From NCBI RefSeq assembly GCF_964059045.1, contig NZ_OZ060402.1, positions 150,001 through 182,000 of the forward strand: a stretch of 32,000 bases of DNA. Direction: 5' to 3'. Below, piece after piece: positions 8,938 to 20,871 of the stretch; within the stretch, counting starts at the first letter, position 1; every line of letters starts with the position of its first letter. The translations under genes and the position numbers were made by a program. Under the pieces are notes generated by a model that was given only the letters and a program-made list of their open reading frames with translations, was not told the origin of the DNA and made no database searches. This DNA comes from Candidatus Saccharimonadota bacterium. Lineage in GTDB: Bacteria; Pseudomonadota; Gammaproteobacteria; Enterobacterales; Enterobacteriaceae.

Positions 8938-10211
8938 TTGTTGTAAAAAAAGCAATGGAAACACATCCATTAACATGGTGGGTTAATGATCGTCATAAGA
9001 TTGTTTGGATTAAAGAATATATTAAAAAAAATGGTTACCGAGCATTAAAAATAATTTTAAAAACAATGTCTGAAAATGAAGTGATAGATTTAGTTATAAA
9101 ATCTGGATTAAAAGGAAGAGGAGGAGCTGGATTTCCAACAGGTTTAAAGTGGTCTTTAATTTCGAAAAATGAGATCTTATATCCAAGATATTTATTATGT
9201 AATGCAGATGAAATGGAACCTGGAACTTATAAAGATCGTTTATTAATGGAACAAATCCCCCATCAGCTAATTGAAGGTATGATCATAGCTGCATTTGCTA
9301 TTAAAGCTTCTTGTGGTTATATTTTTTTGAGAGGAGAATATATTGAAGCAGAGTCTATATTAAAAAAATCTATATTACAAGCTCAAGAATATGGTTATTT
9401 AGGAAAAAATATTCTAGGTAGTAATTTTAATTTTAATATTTTTTTACATACTGGTGCTGGTCGATATATTTGTGGAGAAGAAACAGCATTGATTAATTCT
9501 TTAGAAGGCCGTCGTGCTAATCCTAGATGTAAACCACCTTTTCCTGCTAGTGTTGGATTGTGGGGAAAGCCTACTTGTGTCAATAATGTAGAAACTTTAT
9601 CTAATATACCTTCAATTATTTTACATGGTGTAGATTGGTATCTTAATTTGTCCAAAAGTTTAGATACAGGTACAAAAATGATGGGGTTTTCTGGACGAGT
9701 TAAAAATCCTGGTGTATGGGAATTGCCTTTTGGGATTTCTGCTCGTGAAATTTTAGATAAATATTCTGGTGGTATGCAGGACGGATTGTTTCTTAAAGCT
9801 TGGTTGCCAGGTGGTGCTGGGACAGATTTTTTAACTACACAGCATTTAGATGTTGCTATGGATTTTATGAGTATTGGATCTATAGGTAGTCGATTAGGAA
9901 CTGGTTTGGCTATGGCTGTAGATAATGAAATTAATATAGTTTCTTTAGTAAAAAATTTAGAGATTTTTTTTTCAAGAGAATCTTGTGGATGGTGTACTCC
10001 ATGTAGAGATGGTTTGCCTTGGATTGTAAAAATTTTAAATGATATAGAAAAAAAAAATGGAAAGAAGGGAGATATAAAAATTTTAGAACAGTTATGTAGC
10101 CATTTAGGCCCAGGAAAAACTTTTTGTGCCCATGCTCCTGGTGCTGTTTCACCATTAAGAAGTGCAATAAAATATTTTCGTTCAGAATTTGAATTGGGTA
10201 TAAAAGAATAA
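8934..10211 (+). CDS. nuoF: NADH-quinone oxidoreductase subunit F (NADH/FMN-binding)
   Basis: [16 protein letters not shown], the FMN-site [19 protein letters not shown] and the 4Fe-4[13 protein letters not shown]...CAHAPGA are all present. The start overlaps the nuoE stop (ATGA). Confidence 0.97.
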   Translation: MIVVKKAMETHPLTWWVNDRHKIVWIKEYIKKNGYRALKIILKTMSENEVIDLVIKSGLKGRGGAGFPTGLKWSLISKNEILYPRYLLCNADEMEPGTYKDRLLMEQIPHQLIEGMIIAAFAIKASCGYIFLRGEYIEAESILKKSILQAQEYGYLGKNILGSNFNFNIFLHTGAGRYICGEETALINSLEGRRANPRCKPPFPASVGLWGKPTCVNNVETLSNIPSIILHGVDWYLNLSKSLDTGTKMMGFSGRVKNPGVWELPFGISAREILDKYSGGMQDGLFLKAWLPGGAGTDFLTTQHLDVAMDFMSIGSIGSRLGTGLAMAVDNEINIVSLVKNLEIFFSRESCGWCTPCRDGLPWIVKILNDIEKKNGKKGDIKILEQLCSHLGPGKTFCAHAPGAVSPLRSAIKYFRSEFELGIKE

Positions 10212-10369
10212 AAAATTATGATTAATTTAATTAATTTAAATTAAATTTATTTATTTTTTATATTTTATAAGAATTATTTAACAGTTAATTTTAAAAATTA
10301 TAGATGTCTATTTATTTTAATTAAAATTAATTGTTTTATATTAAAAATTATTTTTGGGTTTAATAAATT

Positions 10370-13105
10370 ATGATAATTTTTATTGATGGTAAAAAGTATA
10401 ATGTAGATGATTTTAATAAATTAGATAATTTATTACATGTTTTTTTATCATTGGGAATAGATATTCCATATTTTTGTTGGCATCCTGAATTAGGCAGTGT
10501 AGGTTCATGTCGTCAGTGTGCTATTAAAATTTATGACAGTTTAGATGATCAAAAAGGCAGGATAATTATGTCATGCATGACACCTGTTCAGGATGGATTA
10601 ATATTATCAATGAAAGATGATGAATCTATTTTATTTCGGAAAAGTATTTTAGAATTATTAATGACTAATCATCCGCATGATTGTCCTGTATGTGAAGAAG
10701 GAGGACATTGTCATTTACAAGACATGACGGTATTGAATAATCATTTTATCAGACGTTATAGGTTTAATAAACGTACTCATTTTAATCAATATTTAGGGCC
10801 TTTTTTATCTCATAATATGAATCGTTGCATTAGTTGTTATCGTTGTGTGAGGTATTATAAAGATTATGCAGATGGTCAGGATTTTGGTGTTTATGGTGTT
10901 AGCTCTAATTTATATTTTGGTCGAATTGAATCTGGTGTTTTAGAAAATAATTTTTCTGGTAATTTAGTTGAAATATGTCCTACAGGTGTCTTTACTGATA
11001 AATCTCATTCTGGTAATTATTCTAGAAAATGGGACATGCAATATGCTCCTAGTATATGTCAACATTGTAGTATAGGTTGTAATATTAGTGCTGCAGAACG
11101 TTATGGTGTGTTAAGGAAAATAGATAATAGATTTCATGAAAAAATTAATAATTATTTCATATGTGATCGCGGTCGTTTTAGCTATGGTTATTCTAATTTA
11201 AAAGACAGACCAAAAAAAATACAGCAGATTAAAAACAAGATTAATATATCATCGAACATTACTATTGAAACAGTTATTAAAGAAATAATTAATATGATTG
11301 ATAATTCTTCTAGAGTTATCGGAATTGGTTCTTCTAGAGCGAGTATAGAGAGTAATTATGCTTTACAAAAATTAGTAGGTTCAAAGAATTTTTCTAATGG
11401 AATGACTAAGTTAGAGAATGATTGTGTACAATTATCTTTAAAAATTTTAAATAGTGGTGAAATTCATAGTCCTAGTTTAAAAGAAATAGAAAATTATGAT
11501 TCTATTATAATTTTAGGTGAAGATGTAAATGAAGTGGCTCCAATGGTTGCTTTATCTATTCGGCAAGCTGTAAAAAAATATGCTACTCAGGTTGCTTTAT
11601 CAAAAGGTATAAACAAATGGAATAGTCTTGGTATATATAATGTAGAAAATAAAAATAAACATCCTTTGTTTATTACTAGTGCAGATAAAAGTGCTTTAAA
11701 TGATATTGCTGAATATAATTATATTGCTCCTATTATAGATCAATCAAGATTAGGATTTGCTATAGCTCATGAATTAGATTCTCAATCTTTAAAAGTTGAT
11801 AATTTAGATGATTCTGTTTTAAAATTAGTTAAACATATTGTTCAAATATTATTAGATTCTAAAAAACCATTAATTATTTCTGGATGTAATTCTGGTAGTG
11901 TGTCTCTTATTCAAGCAGCCTTTAATATAGCAAAAGCATTGCATAATAGAGGATTAAATGTTGGTCTTTCTTTATTATCTTCGAATGTTAATAGTTTTGG
12001 TGTTGGATTATTAAGTAAGATATCAATAGATACATTATTAGATCAATGCTCATCTAATGAAAATAATACTATGATTGTTTTAGAACATGATTTATATCGT
12101 ACTTTATTATCCAATCAAGTTGATTATTTTTTAAAATATATTAATTGCATTGTGATTGATCATCAAAATACAAAATTATTTAAAAATGGATGTATTAGTC
12201 TTCCAACATCTAATTTTTTTGAAAGTTCTGGAACAGTCATTAATTATGAATTACGTTCACAACGTTTTTTTCAAGTATATGATCCCACTTTTAATCAACC
12301 TGATGTAATTGTTTTAGAAAGTTGGAAATGGTTACATTTTATTAAATGTAAATTGTATAATCAATCTATTCAATGGTTTTCGTTAGATAATGTTATTGAT
12401 GATTGTATTTTAGATTTTGAATTTTTAAAAAATATCAAGAATGCCGCTCCTGATGCATCATTTCGTATTAATGGACAAAAAATTGCTCGTTCTCCACATC
12501 GTTGTAGTGGTCGAACTGCTGTTTTTTCTAATCAAAATATACATGAATTAAGTCAACCCAATGATCATAACACTATGTTTTCTTTTTCTATGGAAGGTAG
12601 TGATCAATTAAATCAATCATCTGAGTACATTCCTTTTAATTGGTCTCCAGGGTGGAATTCAGTTCAATCTTCTTATAAAAGTGTTCATGTTAAATATGAT
12701 TTAAATCAGTTTTCAAATATAGATGTATTTGTTTTTAAATCTAATATTGAGAAAAAAATAGATTTTTTTACTAGAATTCCAATTAGTTTTGTGCCATATA
12801 GTCATTGGATTGTTGTTCCATATTATTTTATTTTAGGAAGTGATGAGTTATCACAGAAATCTGAAGTGATAAAAAATCATATTCCTGAATTTTATGCAGT
12901 GTTAAATTTTAAATATGCTATTGAATTAAATTTAAAACAAGGTGATAAAATAAAATTTTATTTTAAAAAAGAGATTTTTGTATTTTTAGTTCATTTTTCA
13001 GATTTTTTAAATCATGGTCAAATAGGTATACCAATAGGAACTCCAAATGTTCCATTGTGTTTATTAGGTCAAGAAATTAATAAGTTACAAAAGGATACAA
13101 TATGA
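10370..13105 (+). CDS. nuoG: NADH-quinone oxidoreductase subunit G
   Basis: 911 aa. [57 protein letters not shown] and [11 protein letters not shown]...YFICDRGRF preserve all the Fe-S ligand motifs of E. coli NuoG. Confidence 0.97.
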   Translation: MIIFIDGKKYNVDDFNKLDNLLHVFLSLGIDIPYFCWHPELGSVGSCRQCAIKIYDSLDDQKGRIIMSCMTPVQDGLILSMKDDESILFRKSILELLMTNHPHDCPVCEEGGHCHLQDMTVLNNHFIRRYRFNKRTHFNQYLGPFLSHNMNRCISCYRCVRYYKDYADGQDFGVYGVSSNLYFGRIESGVLENNFSGNLVEICPTGVFTDKSHSGNYSRKWDMQYAPSICQHCSIGCNISAAERYGVLRKIDNRFHEKINNYFICDRGRFSYGYSNLKDRPKKIQQIKNKINISSNITIETVIKEIINMIDNSSRVIGIGSSRASIESNYALQKLVGSKNFSNGMTKLENDCVQLSLKILNSGEIHSPSLKEIENYDSIIILGEDVNEVAPMVALSIRQAVKKYATQVALSKGINKWNSLGIYNVENKNKHPLFITSADKSALNDIAEYNYIAPIIDQSRLGFAIAHELDSQSLKVDNLDDSVLKLVKHIVQILLDSKKPLIISGCNSGSVSLIQAAFNIAKALHNRGLNVGLSLLSSNVNSFGVGLLSKISIDTLLDQCSSNENNTMIVLEHDLYRTLLSNQVDYFLKYINCIVIDHQNTKLFKNGCISLPTSNFFESSGTVINYELRSQRFFQVYDPTFNQPDVIVLESWKWLHFIKCKLYNQSIQWFSLDNVIDDCILDFEFLKNIKNAAPDASFRINGQKIARSPHRCSGRTAVFSNQNIHELSQPNDHNTMFSFSMEGSDQLNQSSEYIPFNWSPGWNSVQSSYKSVHVKYDLNQFSNIDVFVFKSNIEKKIDFFTRIPISFVPYSHWIVVPYYFILGSDELSQKSEVIKNHIPEFYAVLNFKYAIELNLKQGDKIKFYFKKEIFVFLVHFSDFLNHGQIGIPIGTPNVPLCLLGQEINKLQKDTI

Positions 13106-14079
13106 ATTTTTTATTACATGACTTTATGAATTATAGTAAATTAATTTTTCAGTCTATATTTTTTTTGTTCATCATTGTTTTCTTTAGTGCTAGTTTGAGT
13201 ATAGTAGAAAGAAAAATATTAGCATTGTTTCAAAATAGATATGGTCCTAATCGGGTAGGAAAATATGGTTCTTTACAGTTATTTGCAGATATGATAAAAA
13301 TATTTTTTAAAGAAGATTGGATTCCTTCTTTTAGTGAAAGATTTTTATTTGTTTTGGCTCCTATTATTTCTTTTATGTCTTTATTATTAGTTATGGCTAT
13401 TGTTCCTATTTTTTTTGATTGGTTAATTATTGATTTAAATATTGGAATTTTGTTTTTTTTAATGATGGCTGGTTTATCAGTTTATGGAATTTTATTAGCA
13501 GGTTGGTCTAGTAATAATAAATATGCTTTATTAGGAGCAATTAGATCCATTGCTCAAACTTTAAGTTATGAATTATTCTTAGGATTATCTGTTTTAGGAG
13601 TAGTAGCACGAGCTGGATCTTTTAATTTGTTATCTATTATCAACAGCCAGGAAATTGTTTGGAATGTTTTTCCACAATTTATTGGTTTTATAACATTTTT
13701 TATAGCAGGATTGGCAGTATGTCATCGACATCCGTTTGATCAACCAGAATCAGAACAAGAATTGGCAGATGGATATCATATAGAATATTCTGGGATCAAA
13801 TTTGGTTTGTTTTTTATTGGGGAATATATTTCAATTATTACTGTTTCTTCATTAATTACCGCTTTATTTTTAGGAGGATATCATGGTCCTTTTATTAATT
13901 CATTTATATGTTTTTTTATAAAAACTTTTTTAATTATTTTTATTTTTATATTAATTAGAGCCTCTTTACCTCGACCTAGATATGATCAAATATTATTATT
14001 TGGATGGAAAATATGTTTTCCATTAACTGTCTTAAATTTGTTAGTTACTGTATTTTTTATACTTTATTTTTTACCATAA
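13102..14079 (+). CDS. nuoH: NADH-quinone oxidoreductase subunit H
   Basis: 325 aa, the same as E. coli. [49 protein letters not shown] and [12 protein letters not shown] are present. The start overlaps the nuoG stop (ATGA). Confidence 0.97.
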   Translation: MNFLLHDFMNYSKLIFQSIFFLFIIVFFSASLSIVERKILALFQNRYGPNRVGKYGSLQLFADMIKIFFKEDWIPSFSERFLFVLAPIISFMSLLLVMAIVPIFFDWLIIDLNIGILFFLMMAGLSVYGILLAGWSSNNKYALLGAIRSIAQTLSYELFLGLSVLGVVARAGSFNLLSIINSQEIVWNVFPQFIGFITFFIAGLAVCHRHPFDQPESEQELADGYHIEYSGIKFGLFFIGEYISIITVSSLITALFLGGYHGPFINSFICFFIKTFLIIFIFILIRASLPRPRYDQILLFGWKICFPLTVLNLLVTVFFILYFLP

Positions 14080-14091
14080 TTAGGAAAAGAT

Positions 14092-14634
14092 ATGACTTTA
14101 AAAAAATTTTTATTATCATGTGTAAGTCAATTACGTTCTATTATGATGGTAGCATTAAATATGTTTTCTAAAAGAGAAACTAGACTATATCCTGAAGAAT
14201 CATTATCTTTATCTTCTCGTTCTAGAGGTCGTATTATATTAACTTGTAATTCAGATGGTTCTGAACGTTGTGTCGCTTGTAATTTATGTGCTGTAGTTTG
14301 TCCAGTAGGTTGTATTGCTTTACAAAAATCTGAAACTCAAGATGGTAGATCTTATCCAAAATTTTTTAGAATTAATTTTTCCCGTTGTATTTTTTGTGGT
14401 TTTTGTGAAGAAGCATGTCCAACAATGGCTATTCAATTAAGTGCTGATTTTGAATTATCTGAATCTAAAAGAAATGATTTAATTTATGAAAAAGAAGACT
14501 TATTAATCTATGATTACGGAAAAAATAAAGATTATAATTTTTATCATGTATCTGGTGTTTCTTTAAAAAACAAAAATATTGGCGATTTAAAAATTGAATC
14601 GAGACCTATTGATGTTAAAAATTTATTACCATAA
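14092..14634 (+). CDS. nuoI: NADH-quinone oxidoreductase subunit I (2x[4Fe-4S] ferredoxin)
   Basis: 180 aa with [12 protein letters not shown] and [12 protein letters not shown]. Confidence 0.96.
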   Translation: MTLKKFLLSCVSQLRSIMMVALNMFSKRETRLYPEESLSLSSRSRGRIILTCNSDGSERCVACNLCAVVCPVGCIALQKSETQDGRSYPKFFRINFSRCIFCGFCEEACPTMAIQLSADFELSESKRNDLIYEKEDLLIYDYGKNKDYNFYHVSGVSLKNKNIGDLKIESRPIDVKNLLP

Positions 14635-14644
14635 GGTAAATATA

Positions 14645-15136
14645 ATGGAATTTATTTTTTATTTTTTTGGGATTATTACAGTCACATCTACTATTTTGGT
14701 TTTATTTAATAAAAATCCTATGCATGCTTTATTGTATTTTGTTATATCAATTTTATCTATATCAGGAATTTTTTTTTCTTTAGGAGCTTTTTTCCCTGGA
14801 GTCATAGAGGTTTTAATATATGCTGGTGCTATTATGGTTTTGTTCATGTTTTTTATTATGATTTTAAATCTTGGTAGAAAGATTAATTTAGAAGAAAATA
14901 CATGGTCAAAAATATCATTTTTTATAATTCCTTTAATATTATTTATATTCTTGTTTATTATTATTATTTATATTATTTCTTTTTTGGATACTGAAACAGT
15001 ATTACTTGGGAAAATAGTACAAATTAAACAAGTTGGTATTTATTTATTAGGTCCTTATATGGTATTAGTTGAGTTATCATCTTTAATTTTATTATCAGCA
15101 TTAGTGGTTACATTGCATTTGAGTAATAAAAAATAA
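14645..15136 (+). CDS. nuoJ: NADH-quinone oxidoreductase subunit J
   Basis: I place the start at MEFIFYFFG (compare E. coli MEFAFYICG). The ORF-track start at 14594 is an in-frame extension overlapping nuoI. The motif PMHALLYFVISILSISGIFFSLGA...YAGAIMVLF is conserved. Confidence 0.92.
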   Translation: MEFIFYFFGIITVTSTILVLFNKNPMHALLYFVISILSISGIFFSLGAFFPGVIEVLIYAGAIMVLFMFFIMILNLGRKINLEENTWSKISFFIIPLILFIFLFIIIIYIISFLDTETVLLGKIVQIKQVGIYLLGPYMVLVELSSLILLSALVVTLHLSNKK

Positions 15137-15194
15137 AGATTTTAATATTTCATTGATTCTTAATAAATTTTTTAAGAGAGAATAGGTATTCTAT

Positions 15195-15497
15195 ATGATT
15201 CCATTAACTCATTGTTTATGTTTGTCTTTTTTTTTATTTTTTTTAGGTTTTTTATCTCTTGTAATTCGTAGAAATTTATTTTTTATATTGATTGGTTTAG
15301 AAATTATGTTTAATGCAGCATCGTTATTAATTATAATAGCCAGTAGTTATTTAGGACAGATTGATGGTCAAGTGATATATATTTTTGTTATTATGTTAGC
15401 AGCATCAGAAGGTAGTATAGGGTTAGCTTTATTATTAAGATTATATCGTCGTTATCAGACGTTAAATATTGATATTTTAAGTGAGATGCGCGGATGA
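15195..15497 (+). CDS. nuoK: NADH-quinone oxidoreductase subunit K
   Basis: 100 aa, the same as E. coli, with 3 TM segments. [11 protein letters not shown]...[13 protein letters not shown] is present. Confidence 0.94.
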   Translation: MIPLTHCLCLSFFLFFLGFLSLVIRRNLFFILIGLEIMFNAASLLIIIASSYLGQIDGQVIYIFVIMLAASEGSIGLALLLRLYRRYQTLNIDILSEMRG

Positions 15498-17329
15498 ATA
15501 TTATTTCTCTGATCATTTTTTCCCCTTTGTTAAGTTTTTTTATTTTAATATTTTTTAAAAAACAATTATCACAATTTTTGATAGGTGTAATAAGTATTGG
15601 ATCAATTTTATTATCTAGTTTAATAATTTTATATATTTCTATAGATTTTTATATGAATCATTTTCAATTTTATATTCAAAAAATATATTATTGGATTCAT
15701 GCTGAGAATATTAAGATTCATTTTAATTTTTTAATAGATTCAGTTTCTTTAACAATGTTAGCTATGGTTAGTAGTGTTGGTTTATTGATACATATATTTT
15801 CATTTTGGTATATTCAGTTTAAAATTGATATAACTCGTTTTTTTGCTTACATGAATTTATTTATGGCTAGTATGTTTATATTAGTTTTAGCAGATAATTT
15901 ATTATTCATGTTTTTAGGATGGGAAGGTGTAGGAGTATGTTCCTATTGTCTAATTGGTTTTTATTATAATAATCAAAAAAATTATTATGCAGCAACAAAA
16001 GCATTTTTAATGACTCGTCTCGGTGATGTTTTTTTATTAATAGCAATATTAATTTTATATACTCATTTTGGAACTGTTAATTTTCATTCATTAAATTTTT
16101 TAATCAATAGTCAATTAATTCAATATTCGTTTTTTTTACCTATAATAACAATTTTTTTATTATTAGGAGCAATTGGAAAATCAGCACAACTACCATTTCA
16201 AACTTGGTTGTCTAGTGCCATGGTTGGTCCAACTCCTGTTTCTGCATTAATACATGCTGCAACGATGATTACGGCAGGAGTATATTTAATTATTAGAATA
16301 CATTATGTATTTTTATTAACTCCTTGGATATTCAATATAATTGGAATTATAGGATTATTAACATTAATTATTTCAAGTTTTGCAGCTTTAGTACAAAAAG
16401 ATATCAAAAAAATTTTAGCTTATTCTACAATGAATCAAATTAGTTATATGTTTTTAGCTTTATCAGTAAAAAGTTGGAATATTGCTTTAATGCATTTAAT
16501 TTCTCATGCCATTTTTAAATCTTTATTGTTTTTGTCAGCTGGTTCTTTAATTTTATCTTGTAATAATGAAAAAAATATTTTAAAACTGGGAGGATTAAAA
16601 AATCAAATTCCATTTATTTATATTTGTTTTTTAGTAGGAGGAGCTTCTTTAATAGCATTTCCTATTGTTACTTTTAGTTTTTATACTAAAGAAAATATTT
16701 TATTTACATTATTATATAATCATCATTTATTTTTTTTGATAATTGGTTTATTTGGTAATTTATTAACTTCAATTTATACTTTTCGTATGATTTTTTTAAT
16801 TTTTCATGGTTCTAGTACAACAACAGTGCAAAATAAAACAGGATTGTTGCATACTTTTCCATTATTTATTTTAATATTATTTTCTACTGTATTAGGTGTA
16901 TTAGTTTTTAAAAAATTAAATTTAGTATTTTTAGAAGAAAATTTTGAATGTTCTGAAACTTTAATTGTAACTATTATGTCTGTAATATGTTCTTTCATGG
17001 GGTTTTTGATATCTTATTATATTTGGGTAAAAAATATATTTTTATTTGATAATTTCATAATTAAGAGAATATATAATTTTTTACATAAATTATTTTTTAG
17101 TGGTTTTTATTTTGACTATTTTTACAATTTTATATTTAATAGATATTATATTTTTATTACGAAAAAATTATTAGGTGATCCTTTAGGTGTTAGTTTAGAA
17201 AAAATAACATTATTATCATATTTTTTAAATAAATTTTTTGCAATATTAGAAAATGGTTATTTACGTTGGTATATTTTTTCTTTTATGATAGGTTTATTAT
17301 TATTTTCACTTTCAATTTTATTAGTTTGA
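15494..17329 (+). CDS. nuoL: NADH-quinone oxidoreductase subunit L (antiporter-like)
   Basis: 611 aa. [48 protein letters not shown] and the position after nuoK support the call. The start overlaps the nuoK stop (ATGA). Confidence 0.96.
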   Translation: MNIISLIIFSPLLSFFILIFFKKQLSQFLIGVISIGSILLSSLIILYISIDFYMNHFQFYIQKIYYWIHAENIKIHFNFLIDSVSLTMLAMVSSVGLLIHIFSFWYIQFKIDITRFFAYMNLFMASMFILVLADNLLFMFLGWEGVGVCSYCLIGFYYNNQKNYYAATKAFLMTRLGDVFLLIAILILYTHFGTVNFHSLNFLINSQLIQYSFFLPIITIFLLLGAIGKSAQLPFQTWLSSAMVGPTPVSALIHAATMITAGVYLIIRIHYVFLLTPWIFNIIGIIGLLTLIISSFAALVQKDIKKILAYSTMNQISYMFLALSVKSWNIALMHLISHAIFKSLLFLSAGSLILSCNNEKNILKLGGLKNQIPFIYICFLVGGASLIAFPIVTFSFYTKENILFTLLYNHHLFFLIIGLFGNLLTSIYTFRMIFLIFHGSSTTTVQNKTGLLHTFPLFILILFSTVLGVLVFKKLNLVFLEENFECSETLIVTIMSVICSFMGFLISYYIWVKNIFLFDNFIIKRIYNFLHKLFFSGFYFDYFYNFIFNRYYIFITKKLLGDPLGVSLEKITLLSYFLNKFFAILENGYLRWYIFSFMIGLLLFSLSILLV

Positions 17330-17444
17330 TTTTTATAATATATTATTTTAAATTTACAATAGAGTTGGTTGTTGAAATTAAAATTATTTTGTAATTTTTT
17401 ATTAAATAATAATTTATTATTTTCACAACAGGATTATAATCTCA

Positions 17445-18956
17445 ATGTTACTTTTTTTGTTAGTTTTCATACCATTTTTAGGTGGTTTTTTATCATGGCA
17501 ATCTGGTTATTTAAAAACTATTTATCCTCGTTGGATTGCTTTGATTACAATGGGGATAACATTGTTTATTTCATTAAAATTATGGTTTGAATATTATTAT
17601 ATTGATAATAACATACATCAATCTTCTCAATGGAATTTGCAATTTCTCCATTCTTGGATACCTAGTTTGGGTATTAATTTTCATTTAGCTTTAGATGGTT
17701 TATCTTTATTATTTGTTATTTTTATTGCTTTTTTAGGTTTTATAGCTGTTTTATGTTCTTGGAAGGAAATTAAATATTCTCCAAAAGGTTTTTATTTTAA
17801 TTTATTATGTATAATTAGTGGAGGAATGGGTGTTTTTTTATCTATTGATTTATTTTTATTTTTTTGTTTTTGGGAGTTGATTTTAATTCCTATGTATTTT
17901 TTGATTGCAATTTGGGGTAGTAAGGATATCATTTTTGGTAAAAGTTGTGTTTATTCTGCTAATAAGTTTTTTATTTACGCGCATGCGTCTAGTTTGTTAA
18001 TGTTATTGTCTATTATTGGATTAGCATTAAACTATTATAACATTCATCATACATGGAGTTTTGATTATAATTTTTTATTGAATACGTCTTTAGAATTAAA
18101 TTTAGAATGGTATTTAATGCTGGGTTTTTTCTTATCTTTTATAGTCAAACTTCCTGTAGTACCTTTTCATACTTGGTTATTAGATGCTCATAGTCATGCT
18201 CCTACAGCTGGTTCTATCGATTTAGTAGGTTTAGTCGTAAAAAGTTCTTCATATGGTTTGCTTCGTTTTTGTATTCCATTATTCCCTCATGCTTCTGTAA
18301 AAATTATACCATTAGTTTTAATTTTAGGTGTTGTAAATGTATTTTACGGTGCTCTTTTAGCTTTTTGGCAAAAGAATATAAAACGTTTGTTGGCATATTC
18401 ATCTATTTCAAATATGGGTTTTGTATTATTAGCTATTTATACAGGGAACTTATTATCTTATCAGGGAGCAATTATTAATATGATTGCTTATGGATTATCT
18501 TCATCAGCTTTATTTATATTAGCAGGACAGTTATATGAACGATTAAAAACGATGAATATTTACCGAATGGGTGGTCTATGGTCTAAATTAAATTGGATTT
18601 CTGGTAGTTTTTTATTTTTTTCAATGGCTACTGTAGGAATACCTGGAACAGGAAATTTTATTGCAGAATTAATGATGTTATTAGGTATTTTTAAATCTTT
18701 TCCATTAATATCATGTGTGTTAGCATTTTCTTTAATTTTAGCTTCTATTTATTCTTTAAATATGTTTCATACGATTTTTTACGGAAAAGGTAATAATATA
18801 TTTTTTACTAATTTCATATATACACGAGAAATAGGAATTATTTTATGTTTTGTATTTTTGGTTATTTTTATTGGATTATATCCAGAAATAATTTTAAAAA
18901 TATCATATTTTTCAATTAAAAACATTCAAAATAATTTTTCTTTTTTTTTACATTAG
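17445..18956 (+). CDS. nuoM: NADH-quinone oxidoreductase subunit M (antiporter-like)
   Basis: 503 aa. The N-terminus MLLFLLVFIPFLGGFLSWQ...PRWIALITMG parallels E. coli MLLPWLILIPFIGGFLCWQ...PRWIALITMG. FWELILIPMYFLIAIWG and LDAHSHAPTAGSIDL are also present. Confidence 0.96.
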   Translation: MLLFLLVFIPFLGGFLSWQSGYLKTIYPRWIALITMGITLFISLKLWFEYYYIDNNIHQSSQWNLQFLHSWIPSLGINFHLALDGLSLLFVIFIAFLGFIAVLCSWKEIKYSPKGFYFNLLCIISGGMGVFLSIDLFLFFCFWELILIPMYFLIAIWGSKDIIFGKSCVYSANKFFIYAHASSLLMLLSIIGLALNYYNIHHTWSFDYNFLLNTSLELNLEWYLMLGFFLSFIVKLPVVPFHTWLLDAHSHAPTAGSIDLVGLVVKSSSYGLLRFCIPLFPHASVKIIPLVLILGVVNVFYGALLAFWQKNIKRLLAYSSISNMGFVLLAIYTGNLLSYQGAIINMIAYGLSSSALFILAGQLYERLKTMNIYRMGGLWSKLNWISGSFLFFSMATVGIPGTGNFIAELMMLLGIFKSFPLISCVLAFSLILASIYSLNMFHTIFYGKGNNIFFTNFIYTREIGIILCFVFLVIFIGLYPEIILKISYFSIKNIQNNFSFFLH

Positions 18957-18969
18957 AAGGTTTTATGTA

Positions 18970-20427
18970 ATGATGGTTATAGTTCAATCGTTGACTGCAT
19001 TATTACCAGTTTTAATTTTAGCTTTTAGTGTTATAGTAATAATGTTATCTATTGCTTGGAATAGAAATTTTTTTTTAAATTTTATTTTAAGTTTAGTAGG
19101 ATTATTATTAAGTTTTTTATCTTTATTTATGGTTTCGCAACATACACCCTTAGATATAAATTTTTTATTAAGAATAGATAATTATTCTATATTGTATTCT
19201 GGTATCATTTTGTTTTTTAGTTTTTGTACTTGTATTTTTTCATATTCTAGTTTATTAAATTATCACTCTAGTAAAGATGAATTTTATTTATTAATTTTAT
19301 TATCAACATTAGGTTGTGTATTATTAACTATGGCTGTTCATATGGCTAGTTTATTTATTGGATTTGAATTAGTATCATTACCATTAATAGGTTTGATTGG
19401 TTATTTTAAACATTATAATCAATTTTTAGAATCTACTTTAAAATATATGATATTGTCTAGTTTAACTTCTGCTTTGTTATTATTTGGGATTTCTTTGGTG
19501 TACATTGGTTCTGGTGGATTAAGTTTTATAGAATTACAACAAGCATTTAATATTAGTTCATCACAACATATTATATTATTATTATTTGGTACTGGTATAA
19601 TTTTAATTTCTTTTTTCTTTAAATTATCGATATTTCCATTCCATTTATGGATACCAGATGTATACCAAGGTGCTACAGCATTGGTATTAACTTATTTTTC
19701 TACAGTAGTAAAAATATCATTTTTTATTGCTTTAGTTCGTTTTTTTTTATATTTACCTGTTAATAAAATTTTTGTATTAAATTATTTATGTACAATTATA
19801 GCTTTTATTTCAATATTATTTGGAAATATAATGGCTTTGTTTCAAAATAATTTAAAAAGATTATTAGCATATTCTTCTATATCACATTTTGGTTATTTAT
19901 TAATTGCTTTATTAACTTGTCAATTTTATCCTTATTTTCTAGAAACTCTTGGAATTTATTTATTAGGTTATTGTGTGAGTAATTTAGGTATATTTGCTGT
20001 ATTAAATAGCATATCCAATCTAAATCAAAAATTTGATATAGATCAGATTGTATCCTACAGAGGTTTTTATTGTAAAAATCCATTTTTATCAGTTTTTATG
20101 ACTATTTTTATATTTTCTCTTGCTGGAATTCCAATTAGTTTAGGTTTTATTAGTAAATTGTTTTTATTAACTTCGATTTCCATGGAACATTTTTGGTTTT
20201 TGGGTTTTTCGATTATTTTAGGAACTATAATTAGTTTATATTATTATTTAAAAATTATTATTATTTTATATAATAATAATATAAATTATAGCAAAAATAT
20301 ACAAGCATGGAATATAATTACATTAACAAATTTTTTAATTTTGTTATTAGGAATGATTAACATTTTTTTTGGATTATTTCCTAACATATTAATAGAGATT
20401 TTTAATCGTTGTATAATATATTTATAA
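18970..20427 (+). CDS. nuoN: NADH-quinone oxidoreductase subunit N (antiporter-like)
   Basis: 485 aa. KDEFYLLILLSTLG, FPFHLWIPDVYQGA, LKRLLAYSSISHFGYLL and its position as the last nuo gene support the call. Confidence 0.96.
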   Translation: MMVIVQSLTALLPVLILAFSVIVIMLSIAWNRNFFLNFILSLVGLLLSFLSLFMVSQHTPLDINFLLRIDNYSILYSGIILFFSFCTCIFSYSSLLNYHSSKDEFYLLILLSTLGCVLLTMAVHMASLFIGFELVSLPLIGLIGYFKHYNQFLESTLKYMILSSLTSALLLFGISLVYIGSGGLSFIELQQAFNISSSQHIILLLFGTGIILISFFFKLSIFPFHLWIPDVYQGATALVLTYFSTVVKISFFIALVRFFLYLPVNKIFVLNYLCTIIAFISILFGNIMALFQNNLKRLLAYSSISHFGYLLIALLTCQFYPYFLETLGIYLLGYCVSNLGIFAVLNSISNLNQKFDIDQIVSYRGFYCKNPFLSVFMTIFIFSLAGIPISLGFISKLFLLTSISMEHFWFLGFSIILGTIISLYYYLKIIIILYNNNINYSKNIQAWNIITLTNFLILLLGMINIFFGLFPNILIEIFNRCIIYL

Positions 20428-20471
20428 TTTTATATTAATTAATATTATTAATATAAAATTTAATTATTTTA

Positions 20472-20521
20472 TTTTTTAAATTCATTTTTTAATTTTTTTT
20501 TTAAAAAATGAATTTAAAAAA
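20472..20521 (+). terminator. Long A/T hairpin about 45 nt downstream of nuoN; candidate nuo operon terminator
   Basis: 20472-20492 (TTTTTTAAATTCATTTTTTAA) is the exact complement of 20501-20521 (TTAAAAAATGAATTTAAAAAA), giving 21 bp with an 8-nt T loop. There is only one G:C pair, so the stem is thermodynamically weak despite its length. The downstream sequence is ATTTTAAT. Confidence 0.45.
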
Positions 20522-20871
20522 ATTTTAATAATAAACCAATTTAGTTTTAAGGATTAAATACATTATATTGTGATATACGTTTTTATATTTTTATATATAA
20601 AAATATATTTTTAATATAATTAATATATGTTGATTTTCTATTTTAGACACTTTGATGTTACAATATAGAAAAATTTTTATATAATTTTTTTAAAATCTTA
20701 CAATAAAAATAATTATTATAAAATTTTTTATTTATTTTAATATTTTAAATTAGTATATTCATTTTTTATTAATTTTATTAAAAATATTTTTGTTAATATT
20801 TTAAATATGATTTTATATTGATTATTTTAAGGCACATATAAATATTTTTGATAACTAAAAAGAATAATTAG

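Noticed and set aside
17369-17590. 73-aa ORF overlapping the nuoL-nuoM spacer and the nuoM start in another frame
   Set aside because: nuoM at 17445 has a conserved N-terminus matching E. coli NuoM and an AGGA ribosome-binding site. The overlapping ORF is low complexity.
20584-20607. Short perfect A/T palindromes: 201-218 AATATTTTTAAAAATATT, 20584-20607 TATATTTTTATATATAAAAATATA, 25019-25036 AATTGTAATATTACAATT
   Set aside because: With an almost two-letter alphabet, palindromes of 9-12 pairs are expected about once per few kb of spacer by chance. They resemble no binding-site consensus I can name. None of the spacings fits CRP, FNR, Fur or LexA boxes.
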